NCBI GenBank assembly: GCA_964394425.1
Contig: CAYMXP010000005.1
Span: 24,034-88,033 of the forward strand
From: an uncultured Chryseobacterium sp.
GTDB taxonomy: Bacteria; Bacteroidota; Bacteroidia; Flavobacteriales_F; PHOS-HE28
DNA length: 64,000 bases
Direction: 5' to 3'
Shown: piece after piece, positions 30,848 to 39,727 of the stretch
How the letters are laid out: each line of letters starts with the position of its first letter
Position numbering within the stretch: position 1 is the stretch's first letter
Program-made: the position numbers and the translations under genes
The notes under the pieces: model-generated
Told to the model about the DNA's origin: nothing
The model's input: the letters and a program-made list of their open reading frames with translations, nothing else
The model's database searches: none

Positions 30848-31750
30848 TTGATCCGTTCCCTGTTCCGCCGCGTGGCAGCGGGCCCCGAAGAAAGGCGTAT
30901 CAACGCCTGGTGCCGCAAGACCCTGGGGCTGACCCCCAGCGATCCGGCGCTCTATCGGCAGGCCCTCCGCCACAGCAGCGCCGTGCCCGAAGACCGGCCC
31001 GACCTGCCCAACAACGAGCGGCTCGAATTCCTCGGCGACGCGGTGCTTGATGCGATCATCGGCCAGTTGCTCTTCCGCACCTACGCCGACAAGGGCGAGG
31101 GCTTCCTCACGCGCATGCGCAGCAAGCTGGTGAGCCGCCACCAGCTGAACATCCTGGCCAAGAAGATCGAGATCGAGCGCGTGGTGGAGAGCAACGTGAG
31201 CAAGGGCCACGAGACCAGCGTGCCGGGCAACGCGCTGGAAGCCCTGATCGGCGCCATCTTCCTGGACAAGGGCTTCGAGCGAACACGCAAGCTGGTGCTG
31301 GGTCTGATGGAGAAGCACTTCGACCTGAAAACCATCGAAGCCGAGGATCGCGACGCCAAGAGCCGCCTGCTGGAGTGGGGGCAGAAGAAGCGGAAGAAGG
31401 TGGAATACATCATCCGCGAGGAACACGCGCGCGGCCGGGGGAGGAATTACCTGTGCGAGGTGCGCATCGACGGCCAGGTGCGCGGAAGCGGCCATGGCCA
31501 CAGCAAGAAGCACGCGGAGCAGGAAGCCTCGCAGGCGGCCTTCAACGGCATGCAGCACGAGGGCCGCGCCAAACACGATCGACCCGGTGGCGAACGGCTC
31601 CACCGCGATCACGGCCGCCGCCGCGGACGAGGGCAACACCGCCCCGACCAGGGCCGGCCGCCACGACCGAAGGGCGGCGACGGCGGGTCGCCGATCAAGC
31701 CGGGTCCGGCCGCGGGCGATGGGCCAGCGGACGACCAACGACCCGCATAG
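30848..31750 (+). CDS. rnc: ribonuclease III with a ~65-aa basic/Gly-Pro-rich C-terminal extension
   Basis: Carries the RNase III signature NERLEFLGDAV and a dsRBD (KSRLLEWGQKKRKKVEYII...GHGHSKKHAEQEASQAAF). An RG/P-rich tail follows. The start is a TTG and is uncertain. Confidence 0.8.
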   Translation: MIRSLFRRVAAGPEERRINAWCRKTLGLTPSDPALYRQALRHSSAVPEDRPDLPNNERLEFLGDAVLDAIIGQLLFRTYADKGEGFLTRMRSKLVSRHQLNILAKKIEIERVVESNVSKGHETSVPGNALEALIGAIFLDKGFERTRKLVLGLMEKHFDLKTIEAEDRDAKSRLLEWGQKKRKKVEYIIREEHARGRGRNYLCEVRIDGQVRGSGHGHSKKHAEQEASQAAFNGMQHEGRAKHDRPGGERLHRDHGRRRGRGQHRPDQGRPPRPKGGDGGSPIKPGPAAGDGPADDQRPA

Positions 31751-31784
31751 GGCCCTGCCTACCTTTGATCGCAAGCTCCACCTC

Positions 31785-32198
31785 ATGGCCCGGCACAAGC
31801 TGGACCTCGAACCGCAACTGGAGGTCGTCGTGATCGGCATCAGCAGCCACGTACACGACTACCGCCTGTCCTGGGCGCTGAACCGCAGCCTGGGCGTGGC
31901 GCTCGCGCGCCGGCGCGATGACATCGCGGGCATCGAAGGCAACGGCGATGCGCGTTTCGCCGCCTACGACCACTTGGACGAGGAGAACGACACGCGGCTC
32001 ACGCTGATCTGCAACCGCGGCGAAGGCGGGCGGCTGCTGAAGGACCAGAAACAGGCCGACTTCTTCCTGGTGCTGGACGAAGAAGGCCCGTTGAACCCTG
32101 CCGACGTCCTCGAACGGGTAAGGGCCACGGAGTTCGTGCTGGCGGCCTTCACCCTCGACCTGAAACGCCTGCGCTCCGGCCACGAACTCTTCGTGTGA
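31785..32198 (+). CDS. IPExxxVDY-family small protein (Bacteroidota-specific, function unknown)
   Basis: ATG at 31785: MARHKLDLEPQLEVVVIGISSHVHDYRLSWALNRSLGV... The position between rnc and pyk, and the N-terminal pattern, match my recollection of this family. The C-terminal motif is divergent here (ATEFVLAAF). Confidence 0.6.
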   Translation: MARHKLDLEPQLEVVVIGISSHVHDYRLSWALNRSLGVALARRRDDIAGIEGNGDARFAAYDHLDEENDTRLTLICNRGEGGRLLKDQKQADFFLVLDEEGPLNPADVLERVRATEFVLAAFTLDLKRLRSGHELFV

Positions 32199-32210
32199 GC
32201 CTTGATCGAC

Positions 32211-33632
32211 ATGACCGACCGCAAGACCAAGATCGTCGCCACCATCGGGCCGGCCAGTTCATCCCCGGCGATGCTGCGGCGGCTGGTCGAGAGCGGCGTG
32301 GATGTGTGCCGGCTGAACTTCAGCCACGGCGACCATGACTTCTACGCCGGGGTGATCCGCACCATCCGGTCCATCGACCGCGAACTCGGCCTCCACACGG
32401 CGATCATGGCCGACCTGCAGGGCCCCAAGCTGCGCATCGGCGAGATGGAGAACGGCGCCCTCGAACTGAAGGAGGGCGCCGAACTGGTGATCACCACCGA
32501 TCCGGTGAAGGGCCGGGCCGGCCTGGTGAGCACCACGTACGGGAATTTCCCCCAGGATGTGAAGAAGGGAGAACTCGTGTTGCTGGACGATGGCAAGCTC
32601 CGGCTCGAAGTGGTGAGCACCGACGGCAAGAAGAACGTCACCACCCGTGTGCTCAACGGCGGCCCCCTTTCGGCCAACAAGGGGATCAACCTGCCCAACA
32701 CGCGTGTGTCGCTCCCCTCGATCACCGACAAGGACCGCTCCGACCTGGATTACGCGCTGGAGGTGGACGTGGACTGGGTGGGGCTGAGCTTCGTTCGCTC
32801 CGCGCGCGACATCGTGGACCTCAAGCACATCATCGCCGAGAGCGGCAAGCGCGCGCGCGTCATCGCCAAGATCGAGAAGCCCGAGGCCCTGGCCGACATC
32901 AACGCGATCATCCGCGCCAGCGATGCCCTGATGGTGGCCCGGGGCGACCTGGGGGTCGAGATCCCCATGGAAAAGGTGCCCCTGATCCAGAAGGACCTCA
33001 TTCGCCGCTGCCTGCGGCACCAACGCCCGGTGATCGTGGCCACGCAGATGATGGAGAGCATGATCACCAGCGTGACGCCCACGCGCGCCGAGGTGAACGA
33101 CGTGGCCAACGCCGTGCTGGACCACGCCGACGCGGTGATGCTGAGCGCGGAGACCAGCGTGGGCCGCTACCCCCTGGAGGCGGTGCAGGCCATGAACCGC
33201 ATCCTGGTGGAGATGGAGACCAGCGAGACGCTGTACCACGTGGAGCATCCGGCGCTGCAGCACAACGAGCGCATGGTCACCGACGCCATCTGCCTGGCCA
33301 GCGTGCAGCTGGCCGCGGCCGTGGAGGTGAAGGCCATCGTGACCATGACGCACAGCGGCTACACCGCCTTCAAGATCAGCAGCATGCGCCCCAAGGCCAA
33401 CATCTTCGCCTTCACCAGCAACCCGGCCATCCTCAGCATGCTCAACCTGGTCTGGGGCGTGCGCGCGCACTATTACGACCGGACGGTGAGCACCGACGAC
33501 ACCATCGCCGACATCAAGGACCTGCTGCGCAAGGAACACTACGTGAAGGCCGGCGACCTGGTGGTGAACATCGCCAGCATGCCGATCGCCGAGAAGGGCA
33601 TGAGCAACATGCTGAAGCTGAGCCCGGCGTGA
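32211..33632 (+). CDS. pyk: pyruvate kinase
   Basis: Reads MTDRKTKIVATIGPAS...CRLNFSHG...MVARGDLGVEIP...ATQMMESM, canonical for pyruvate kinase. The track ORF starts at a TTG at 32202. Confidence 0.95.
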   Translation: MTDRKTKIVATIGPASSSPAMLRRLVESGVDVCRLNFSHGDHDFYAGVIRTIRSIDRELGLHTAIMADLQGPKLRIGEMENGALELKEGAELVITTDPVKGRAGLVSTTYGNFPQDVKKGELVLLDDGKLRLEVVSTDGKKNVTTRVLNGGPLSANKGINLPNTRVSLPSITDKDRSDLDYALEVDVDWVGLSFVRSARDIVDLKHIIAESGKRARVIAKIEKPEALADINAIIRASDALMVARGDLGVEIPMEKVPLIQKDLIRRCLRHQRPVIVATQMMESMITSVTPTRAEVNDVANAVLDHADAVMLSAETSVGRYPLEAVQAMNRILVEMETSETLYHVEHPALQHNERMVTDAICLASVQLAAAVEVKAIVTMTHSGYTAFKISSMRPKANIFAFTSNPAILSMLNLVWGVRAHYYDRTVSTDDTIADIKDLLRKEHYVKAGDLVVNIASMPIAEKGMSNMLKLSPA

Positions 33633-33719
33633 AACGCCGGATCCCGGTTGGTGATCTTGTGAACAACGTCCCCGGCCCGCCCCTCGGCCGGTGATCTCCC
33701 CGCTCCACCTTGCGCTCCC

Positions 33720-34478
33720 ATGGACGAAAGGTCCTGGGATGCCGTCGCCAGCCGCTTTGAAGCGGAGATCTTCAACGTCCCGGCCAACGACCGCAAGGGG
33801 CTGATCGCCTCGACGATCGCGCGCCACGCGGATCCCGATGGCACCGCGGCCGACATCGGATGCGGGATCGGACGCACCATCGGCCTGCTCGCGGAACATT
33901 TCGGGCGGGTGGTCGCCAGCGATGTGAGCAGGGAATGCCTGTCGATCGCCGCGCACAGGAACCGTGCGATCGGCAACGCCAGCTACCACCACGTGGACCT
34001 GACCGCGGGGCCGCCGCCGGGCGATGCGGTGCATTTCGCCCTCTGCATCAACACCCTGCTCCTGGCCGATGGCACGAAGCGTGCGCGCATGATCGCCAAT
34101 CTGTGCGCGGGTGTTCGCAAGGGCGGCCATCTGCTGCTGGTGGTGCCCAGCATCGAGAGCGTGCTGCTCACCCATGCACGCCACGCCGAATGGAATAGAC
34201 GCGTGAACGGCCGCGCGGGCACGCCGGGGTCATCCGGGCCGGAGGGTCCCGAACTCTTGCGCGGCGTCGTTCAGATCGATCAAGTGCCTACCAAGCATTA
34301 TCTGAAGGAGGAACTGCACGACCTGCTCGGCAACGAAGGCATGCGGGTGCTGGACGTTCAAAAGATCGAATACCCCTGGAACACGGAGTTCGAGAACGCA
34401 CCGCGCTGGATGCGGGAACCCTTCCCCTGGGATTGGTTCGTGGAAGCCCGCAGATCGGACCAACGTCCCGTCTGTTGA
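33720..34478 (+). CDS. class I SAM-dependent methyltransferase
   Basis: Motif I is ADIGCGIGR, with the downstream acidic residue in VVASDVS and motif LKGGHLLLVVP. Confidence 0.8.
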   Translation: MDERSWDAVASRFEAEIFNVPANDRKGLIASTIARHADPDGTAADIGCGIGRTIGLLAEHFGRVVASDVSRECLSIAAHRNRAIGNASYHHVDLTAGPPPGDAVHFALCINTLLLADGTKRARMIANLCAGVRKGGHLLLVVPSIESVLLTHARHAEWNRRVNGRAGTPGSSGPEGPELLRGVVQIDQVPTKHYLKEELHDLLGNEGMRVLDVQKIEYPWNTEFENAPRWMREPFPWDWFVEARRSDQRPVC

Positions 34479-34579
34479 TCGCCGCATGCCCGAGGGCATG
34501 CCCATCGGTGTTCACCTCGCCTGCGCCCATCCGCCTTGGCCGAGCAAGGTCCGCGTCCATCCGTGGTCCCGCCCGCGCA

Positions 34580-35845
34580 ATGGACCGGCGGAGCGCCTGT
34601 TCTACTTTCGCCACCGTGAATTGCGGATCATGCACCAGCGGCCCGGGCGGCAAACCCCGCGGGTGCCGGAACAACGGCTTTTGCAGCACCAGTGGCTGCA
34701 ACAAGCTCGACGTGTACGACTGGCTCACCGGCGTGCCGTTGCCGGCCGGCCATCACCTGTTCGACGCGGTGGAGGTGCGCTTCAAGAACACGCGCAAGGG
34801 CTTCTACCGCAACGCCAACAACATCCAGCTGCTCCCCGGCGACCTGGTGACGGTGGAAGGCGGCCCCGGCCAGGACGTGGGCATGGTGAGCCTCACCGGC
34901 GAACTGGTGCGCGCACAGATGCACCGCAAAAAGGTCGACGACGACACCTTCGCGCTGCGCAAGGTGCTGCGTACATCCACGCAGGAGGACATCGACCGCT
35001 GGCACGCGTCGCGCACCCTGGAGAAGGATGCCCTGGTGGGCGCCCGCGCGATCGCGCGCGACATGAAGCTGGACATGAAGGTGAGCGACGTGGAATACCA
35101 GGGCGACGGCACGAAGGCCACCTTCTACTACACCAGCGAGGATCGCATCGACTTCCGCGACCTGCTGCGCGTGCTTGGTGAACGCTTCAGGGTGCGGATC
35201 GAGATGAAACAGATCGGCGCGCGGCAGGAATCGGGCCGCATGGGCGGCATCGGCGACTGCGGCCGTGAACTGTGCTGCGCCACCTGGCTCACCGATTTCC
35301 GCAGCGTGACCACCAGCGCCGCGCGCTACCAGCAGCTCGCGCTGAACCCCCAGAAGCTCGCCGGGCAGTGCGGCAAATTGAAGTGCTGCCTGAACTACGA
35401 ACTGGACATGTACCTCGAGGTGGTGAAGAGCTACCCCTCCCAGAACACCAAGCTCAAGACGCGCCAGGGCACGGGCCACCACCAGAAGACCGACATCTTC
35501 CAGGGGCGCATGTGGTACCTCTTCAAGCAGCCCGGCAGCCATCCCGCGCTCGCGGCCTTCCCGCCGGAAAAGGTCCGCGAGATCATCGACCAGAACCGGC
35601 AAGGGGTCGAACCCGATGTGAACCTGCAGATGATCGAAGAGGTGGAGAGCACGCAAAAAGCGAAAACACCGGACTACGAGAACGTGGTCGGGCAGGACGA
35701 ACTCACCCGCTTCGACCAGAAAATGAAGGCCGGCAAAGGGCGCGGGCGCGGAGGCCGCCACCGGCAGCGCGACCGGCAGCGTGGCGGCGGCGGACAACGC
35801 CGCGACCGATCGCGCCCTTCGGGCCACAAGCCCACGGGAAAGTGA
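34580..35845 (+). CDS. PSP1 domain protein (RicT-like) with Cys-rich N-terminus and RG-rich tail
   Basis: The N-terminus VNCGSCTSGPGGKPRGCRNNGFCSTSGCNKLDVYDWL is typical of Bacteroidota PSP1 proteins. The PSP1 core includes VEYQGDGTKATFYYTSEDRIDFRDLLRVL...CGKLKCCLNYE. The ATG at 34580 is chosen; a GTG at VNCGSC is also possible. Confidence 0.85.
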   Translation: MDRRSACSTFATVNCGSCTSGPGGKPRGCRNNGFCSTSGCNKLDVYDWLTGVPLPAGHHLFDAVEVRFKNTRKGFYRNANNIQLLPGDLVTVEGGPGQDVGMVSLTGELVRAQMHRKKVDDDTFALRKVLRTSTQEDIDRWHASRTLEKDALVGARAIARDMKLDMKVSDVEYQGDGTKATFYYTSEDRIDFRDLLRVLGERFRVRIEMKQIGARQESGRMGGIGDCGRELCCATWLTDFRSVTTSAARYQQLALNPQKLAGQCGKLKCCLNYELDMYLEVVKSYPSQNTKLKTRQGTGHHQKTDIFQGRMWYLFKQPGSHPALAAFPPEKVREIIDQNRQGVEPDVNLQMIEEVESTQKAKTPDYENVVGQDELTRFDQKMKAGKGRGRGGRHRQRDRQRGGGGQRRDRSRPSGHKPTGK

Positions 35846-36312
35846 GAACGGTACCTTCTGTCGTGGTGGGCGGCGCCTTGCTCGTTGCCTGTTCCAATGC
35901 GGTGGTGTACCAGGAAGACCGGCCCGTGCCCGATGAAGGCTGGTCGCGTTCCTGGCAGCCTGAGTTCTCCTTCGAGATCGCCGACACCACCGCGCGCCAC
36001 GATGTGTACATCGACCTGCGCCATACCGGCGACTACGCCTTCAGCGATCTGTATCTGTTCGTGACCGTTGGCGGTCCGGGCCTGCCGGTGGTGGTGGATA
36101 CGGTGGAGTGCCGGCTGGCCGATCCCTCCGGCCGCTGGTTCGGCAAGGGGCGGGGCTACATCCGCGGCCTTCGCGTGCTCTACAAAGTGGGCAAACGATT
36201 CCCGCGCGCGGGCCGTTATTCCATCCGGCTGGAGCAGGCCATGCGGGTGGAACCGCTGGAACAGGTGCTCGACGTGGGCATCAGCGTGGAGAAGTCGAAG
36301 GCCGCATCCTGA
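35842..36312 (+). CDS. gldH: gliding motility lipoprotein GldH
   Basis: A GTG start overlaps the PSP1 stop (GTGA). The lipobox is LLVACS. YIDLRHTGDYAFSDLYLFVTV...VDTVECRLADPSGRWFGKG...RYSIRLEQAMR matches the GldH pattern. The PSP1-gldH-PBP1A synteny is typical of Bacteroidota. Confidence 0.75.
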   Translation: MRTVPSVVVGGALLVACSNAVVYQEDRPVPDEGWSRSWQPEFSFEIADTTARHDVYIDLRHTGDYAFSDLYLFVTVGGPGLPVVVDTVECRLADPSGRWFGKGRGYIRGLRVLYKVGKRFPRAGRYSIRLEQAMRVEPLEQVLDVGISVEKSKAAS

Positions 36313-36350
36313 TCCTCCGCCCCACCCGCGGATAATTTCGGCCCGCTCCC

Positions 36351-38786
36351 ATGGCCCGGAAAACGAAGCAGCAACGAAAGAGCAGGACCCGGCTCATGGG
36401 CCTGTGGTGGCTGCTGGTGCTCGGGCCCGTGCTGCTGTTATTCGTCATGCTGCTGGCCGCCACGCGCAGCGACCTGCCCGACATCACGCAACTGGAGAAC
36501 CCCCGCAGCGATCTGGCCACGGCCATCCTCTTCAGCGATGGCAGCCAGATGGGGCAGTACTACCGCGAGAACCGCATCCCGGTGAAGTACGACCGCATCA
36601 GCCCGCACGTGGTACACGCGCTGATCGCGACGGAGGACGAGCGGTTCCGCAGTCACAGCGGCGTGGACCTCAGGGGCACCCTGCGCGCGGCGATCTTCCT
36701 GGGCGAACGTGGCGGCGCCAGCACCATCACCCAGCAGCTGGCCAAGATGCAGTTCCACGAACCGCGCAGGAATTTCTTCGCGCGCACCTGGCAGAAATTC
36801 CAGGAGTGGGTGATCAGCGCCCGGCTCGAGCGGCTCTACACGAAGGAAGAGATCGTCGCGCTCTACCTCAACCGCTTCGACTGGATCAACCAGGCAGTGG
36901 GCATCAACAGCGCCTCGCACGTCTATTTCAACACCTCGCCCGACTCCCTGCGGGTGGAGGAGGCCGCCATGCTGGTGGGGATGTTGAAGAACCCCGCGCT
37001 CTTCAACCCCGTGCGCCGGCCCGACACCACCCTGGTGCGCCGCATGGTGGTGCTCGACCAGATGCGCCGCAACGGCTTCATCGCGGACCAGGAATACGAC
37101 TCGCTGAAGGCGCTTCCCCTGGGGTTGAAGTTCCAGCGGGTGGACCACGCCGAGGGGCCGGCACCCTATTTCCGCGAAGTGCTGCGCGCGCAATTGCAGG
37201 GCCTCTTCAATCGGAAGGATCCCAGGACCGGCGAACTGCTCATCTCCAGGCTGGACGAGAACGGCAGGCGCGTGCCTTACGACCTCTATACCGACGGGCT
37301 GAAGATCTACACCACGCTCGACCCGCGCATGCAGGCCCATGGCGAGTGGGCCGTGCAGGAACACCTGCGCTCCGAATTGCAACCGCTCTTCGACAAGGAG
37401 CTTTTGAAAAAGAAGAACAGGCCCTTCGCATGGAACGTGGGCCAGGACGAGATCGACCAGATCATGCACGCCGCCATGTTGCGCAGCGACCGGTACAAGG
37501 TGCTCTCCGGGCGGCGTTGCGGCAATTGCGAACGGCCGGCGGCGTACATCGAAAAAAAGAACCGCGATGGCAAACCGCACTGGCACTGCCGGCCGGAGAT
37601 CGGCGGGTGCGACGCGTGGTGGCCGGTGACCAGGGAGGCCGACATTCCAAAGGTCTTCGAACGACCGGTCCCCATGCGCGTGTTCACCTGGCACGGCGAG
37701 GTGGACACGGTGTTGAGCCCGATGGATTCCATCCGCTACTACAAGGGCATGCTGCAAAGCGGCCTGCTCACGCTGGATCCGCACACCGGCTTCGTGAAGG
37801 CCTGGGTGGGGGGCATCGACTTCAAGCACTTCCAGTATGACCACGTGGCGCAGGCGCGCCGGCAGGTGGGATCCACCTTCAAGCCCTTCGTGTACGCCAC
37901 CGCCATCCGCGAGGGGCTGGATCCGTGCATGGAACTGCCCAACCAGCGCATCTGCTTCCAGATGCCCGAACCACAGCCCGATTGGTGCCCGGGCAACAGC
38001 GATGAGGTCTACGGGGGCATGGTGACCATGGAATACGCGCTGGCCAACTCCATCAACACCATCACCGCCTGGCTGATGAAGCGATACAGTCCCGAGGCGG
38101 TCACGGTGCTGGCCAAGCACATGGGGGTGAAGAGCGAACTGCTGCCCGTGCCTTCGCTCTGCCTGGGCGTGGCCGACCTGACCCTGGAGGAGATGACCGC
38201 CGCCTTCGCGTCCTTCGCCAACAGCGGCGTGTACATCGAGCCGATCGTGTTCACGCGCATCGAGGACAAGAACGGCAACGCCATCTACGACGTGACCCCG
38301 CGCACCGAGGAGGCGCTGGACGAGCGCACGGCCTACATCATGCTCGACATGCTCAAGCACGTGGTGGATGGCGCCTGGAACCGCGAGAGCGGCAAGGTGG
38401 TGGGCACCGGCATGCGGCTGCGCACCAGCTGGGGCAACCGCGTGAAGTACGCCGCGATCCCCTACCCCACCGCGGGAAAAACGGGCACCACGCAGAACAA
38501 CAGCGACGGATGGTTCATCGGCATCACCCCCGACCTGGTGACCGGCGTATGGACCGGGGCCGAGGACCGCAGCGTGCATTTCGACAACACCTACCTGGGC
38601 CAGGGCGCCAACATGGCCCTGCCGATCTATGGCTATTTCATGAACAAGGTGTACGCCGACACGACCATCGAGATCAGCAGGGGCGACTTTCCACGGCCCG
38701 ATGTGCCGCTCGGCGTCGAGCTCAACTGCCGCACGCGCAAGGACGGGGTGACCTTCGAGGACAAGGACGGGCCGCAGTGGGAGTGA
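36351..38786 (+). CDS. mrcA: penicillin-binding protein 1A (bifunctional transglycosylase/transpeptidase)
   Basis: GT51 motifs are ATEDERFRSHSGVD, GASTITQQLAK and RKFQEW. The transpeptidase motifs are STFKPF, SINT (SxN) and KTGTT. Confidence 0.95.
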   Translation: MARKTKQQRKSRTRLMGLWWLLVLGPVLLLFVMLLAATRSDLPDITQLENPRSDLATAILFSDGSQMGQYYRENRIPVKYDRISPHVVHALIATEDERFRSHSGVDLRGTLRAAIFLGERGGASTITQQLAKMQFHEPRRNFFARTWQKFQEWVISARLERLYTKEEIVALYLNRFDWINQAVGINSASHVYFNTSPDSLRVEEAAMLVGMLKNPALFNPVRRPDTTLVRRMVVLDQMRRNGFIADQEYDSLKALPLGLKFQRVDHAEGPAPYFREVLRAQLQGLFNRKDPRTGELLISRLDENGRRVPYDLYTDGLKIYTTLDPRMQAHGEWAVQEHLRSELQPLFDKELLKKKNRPFAWNVGQDEIDQIMHAAMLRSDRYKVLSGRRCGNCERPAAYIEKKNRDGKPHWHCRPEIGGCDAWWPVTREADIPKVFERPVPMRVFTWHGEVDTVLSPMDSIRYYKGMLQSGLLTLDPHTGFVKAWVGGIDFKHFQYDHVAQARRQVGSTFKPFVYATAIREGLDPCMELPNQRICFQMPEPQPDWCPGNSDEVYGGMVTMEYALANSINTITAWLMKRYSPEAVTVLAKHMGVKSELLPVPSLCLGVADLTLEEMTAAFASFANSGVYIEPIVFTRIEDKNGNAIYDVTPRTEEALDERTAYIMLDMLKHVVDGAWNRESGKVVGTGMRLRTSWGNRVKYAAIPYPTAGKTGTTQNNSDGWFIGITPDLVTGVWTGAEDRSVHFDNTYLGQGANMALPIYGYFMNKVYADTTIEISRGDFPRPDVPLGVELNCRTRKDGVTFEDKDGPQWE

Positions 38787-38795
38787 CCCGTTGGA

Positions 38796-39194
38796 TCAGG
38801 CCGCGCCGCGCTTGAGCAGCATCACCAGGCGCGCCGTGCCGAACGCCAGGAACGCCAGGTAGAGCAGCACGAACGCCGTGATCAACGGCGCCTTCTCCGC
38901 TCCGGAGAACATCGCCAACGCCACCACCACGCCGAGCGACAGCAGGAGCTTGATCACCAGGCCCGCCATGAAACGGCGGATGAAGCGCCGGGCATCGGCC
39001 CCCACCACCTGCTCCTGCCAAAGGTGGATGAGCAGCGAGAGGAGGGTGAAATAGACCAGCACGGCCAGGAAGGGCCAGGTGACCGGCCGCCCGCCGAGGC
39101 GCAAGGAGAAGATGAGCGCCGCCGCGCACAGCGCGCCGAACAGCAGGACCGGAACGACCGCGGAAGTCCGTGGCTGTGGCATGTCCCGTTGCAT
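38796..39194 (-). CDS. small 4-TM membrane protein, function unknown
   Basis: 132 aa with four hydrophobic segments. It is co-directional with, and 9 nt downstream of, the bactofilin gene. I recognise no family. Confidence 0.55.
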   Translation of the reverse strand: MQRDMPQPRTSAVVPVLLFGALCAAALIFSLRLGGRPVTWPFLAVLVYFTLLSLLIHLWQEQVVGADARRFIRRFMAGLVIKLLLSLGVVVALAMFSGAEKAPLITAFVLLYLAFLAFGTARLVMLLKRGAA

Positions 39195-39203
39195 CGGGAC
39201 GGC

Positions 39204-39662
39204 TCAGCGCGCCATGGGCTGGCCTTCCGGGCGCGATGTCGGGGGCGCCTCGGGGCGCAGGCCGGGCGAAGGCATCTCCTTCACCACCCCGCCGCCCATG
39301 CTGCAGTTGCCAGTGAACTGGGCGCCGGGTTCGATCGCCAGCTTCTTGGTGTTGATGTCGCCGTTGAGCCGGGCGGTGGCCTTCAAGCTCAGCAGGTCCT
39401 GGCAGGTGATCTTCCCCTGCACGAGGCCCTCGATGTCGCTGCTCTGGCAGGTGACGTCGCCCTCCACCACCCCGCTGGTGCCCACGATCAGGCGACCGCG
39501 CACATGGATGGTGCCCTTCACCTTCCCATCGATGCGGACGTTGCTGTCGGACTTCACCTCGCCCTCGATGGTGGTGCCCTCCATGATGCTGTTGATCTTG
39601 CCGGCGTTCACCGGTTCGGCGGCCTTGTTCATGGGTTCGCTTTTGGGTTCGTTGCGGAACAT
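39204..39662 (-). CDS. bactofilin (polymer-forming cytoskeletal protein)
   Basis: ATG at 39662. It shows the beta-helical repeat pattern IEGEVKSDSNVRIDGKVKGTIHVRGRLIVGTSGVVEGDVTCQSSDIEGLVQGKI. Confidence 0.85.
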   Translation of the reverse strand: MFRNEPKSEPMNKAAEPVNAGKINSIMEGTTIEGEVKSDSNVRIDGKVKGTIHVRGRLIVGTSGVVEGDVTCQSSDIEGLVQGKITCQDLLSLKATARLNGDINTKKLAIEPGAQFTGNCSMGGGVVKEMPSPGLRPEAPPTSRPEGQPMAR

Positions 39663-39727
39663 CGCGCGTGGAGTTCTTGGGGCCCGGAGGTGGGCTCGTG
39701 CCAAATGTAGCACCGGGCCCGGCCGGG

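Noticed and set aside
28582-30918. 778-aa ORF spanning purN, acpP and fabF on the opposite strand.
   Set aside because: Only the C-terminal 205 aa (28582-29199) look like a real protein (PurN). The rest is antisense to acpP/fabF and is low-complexity.
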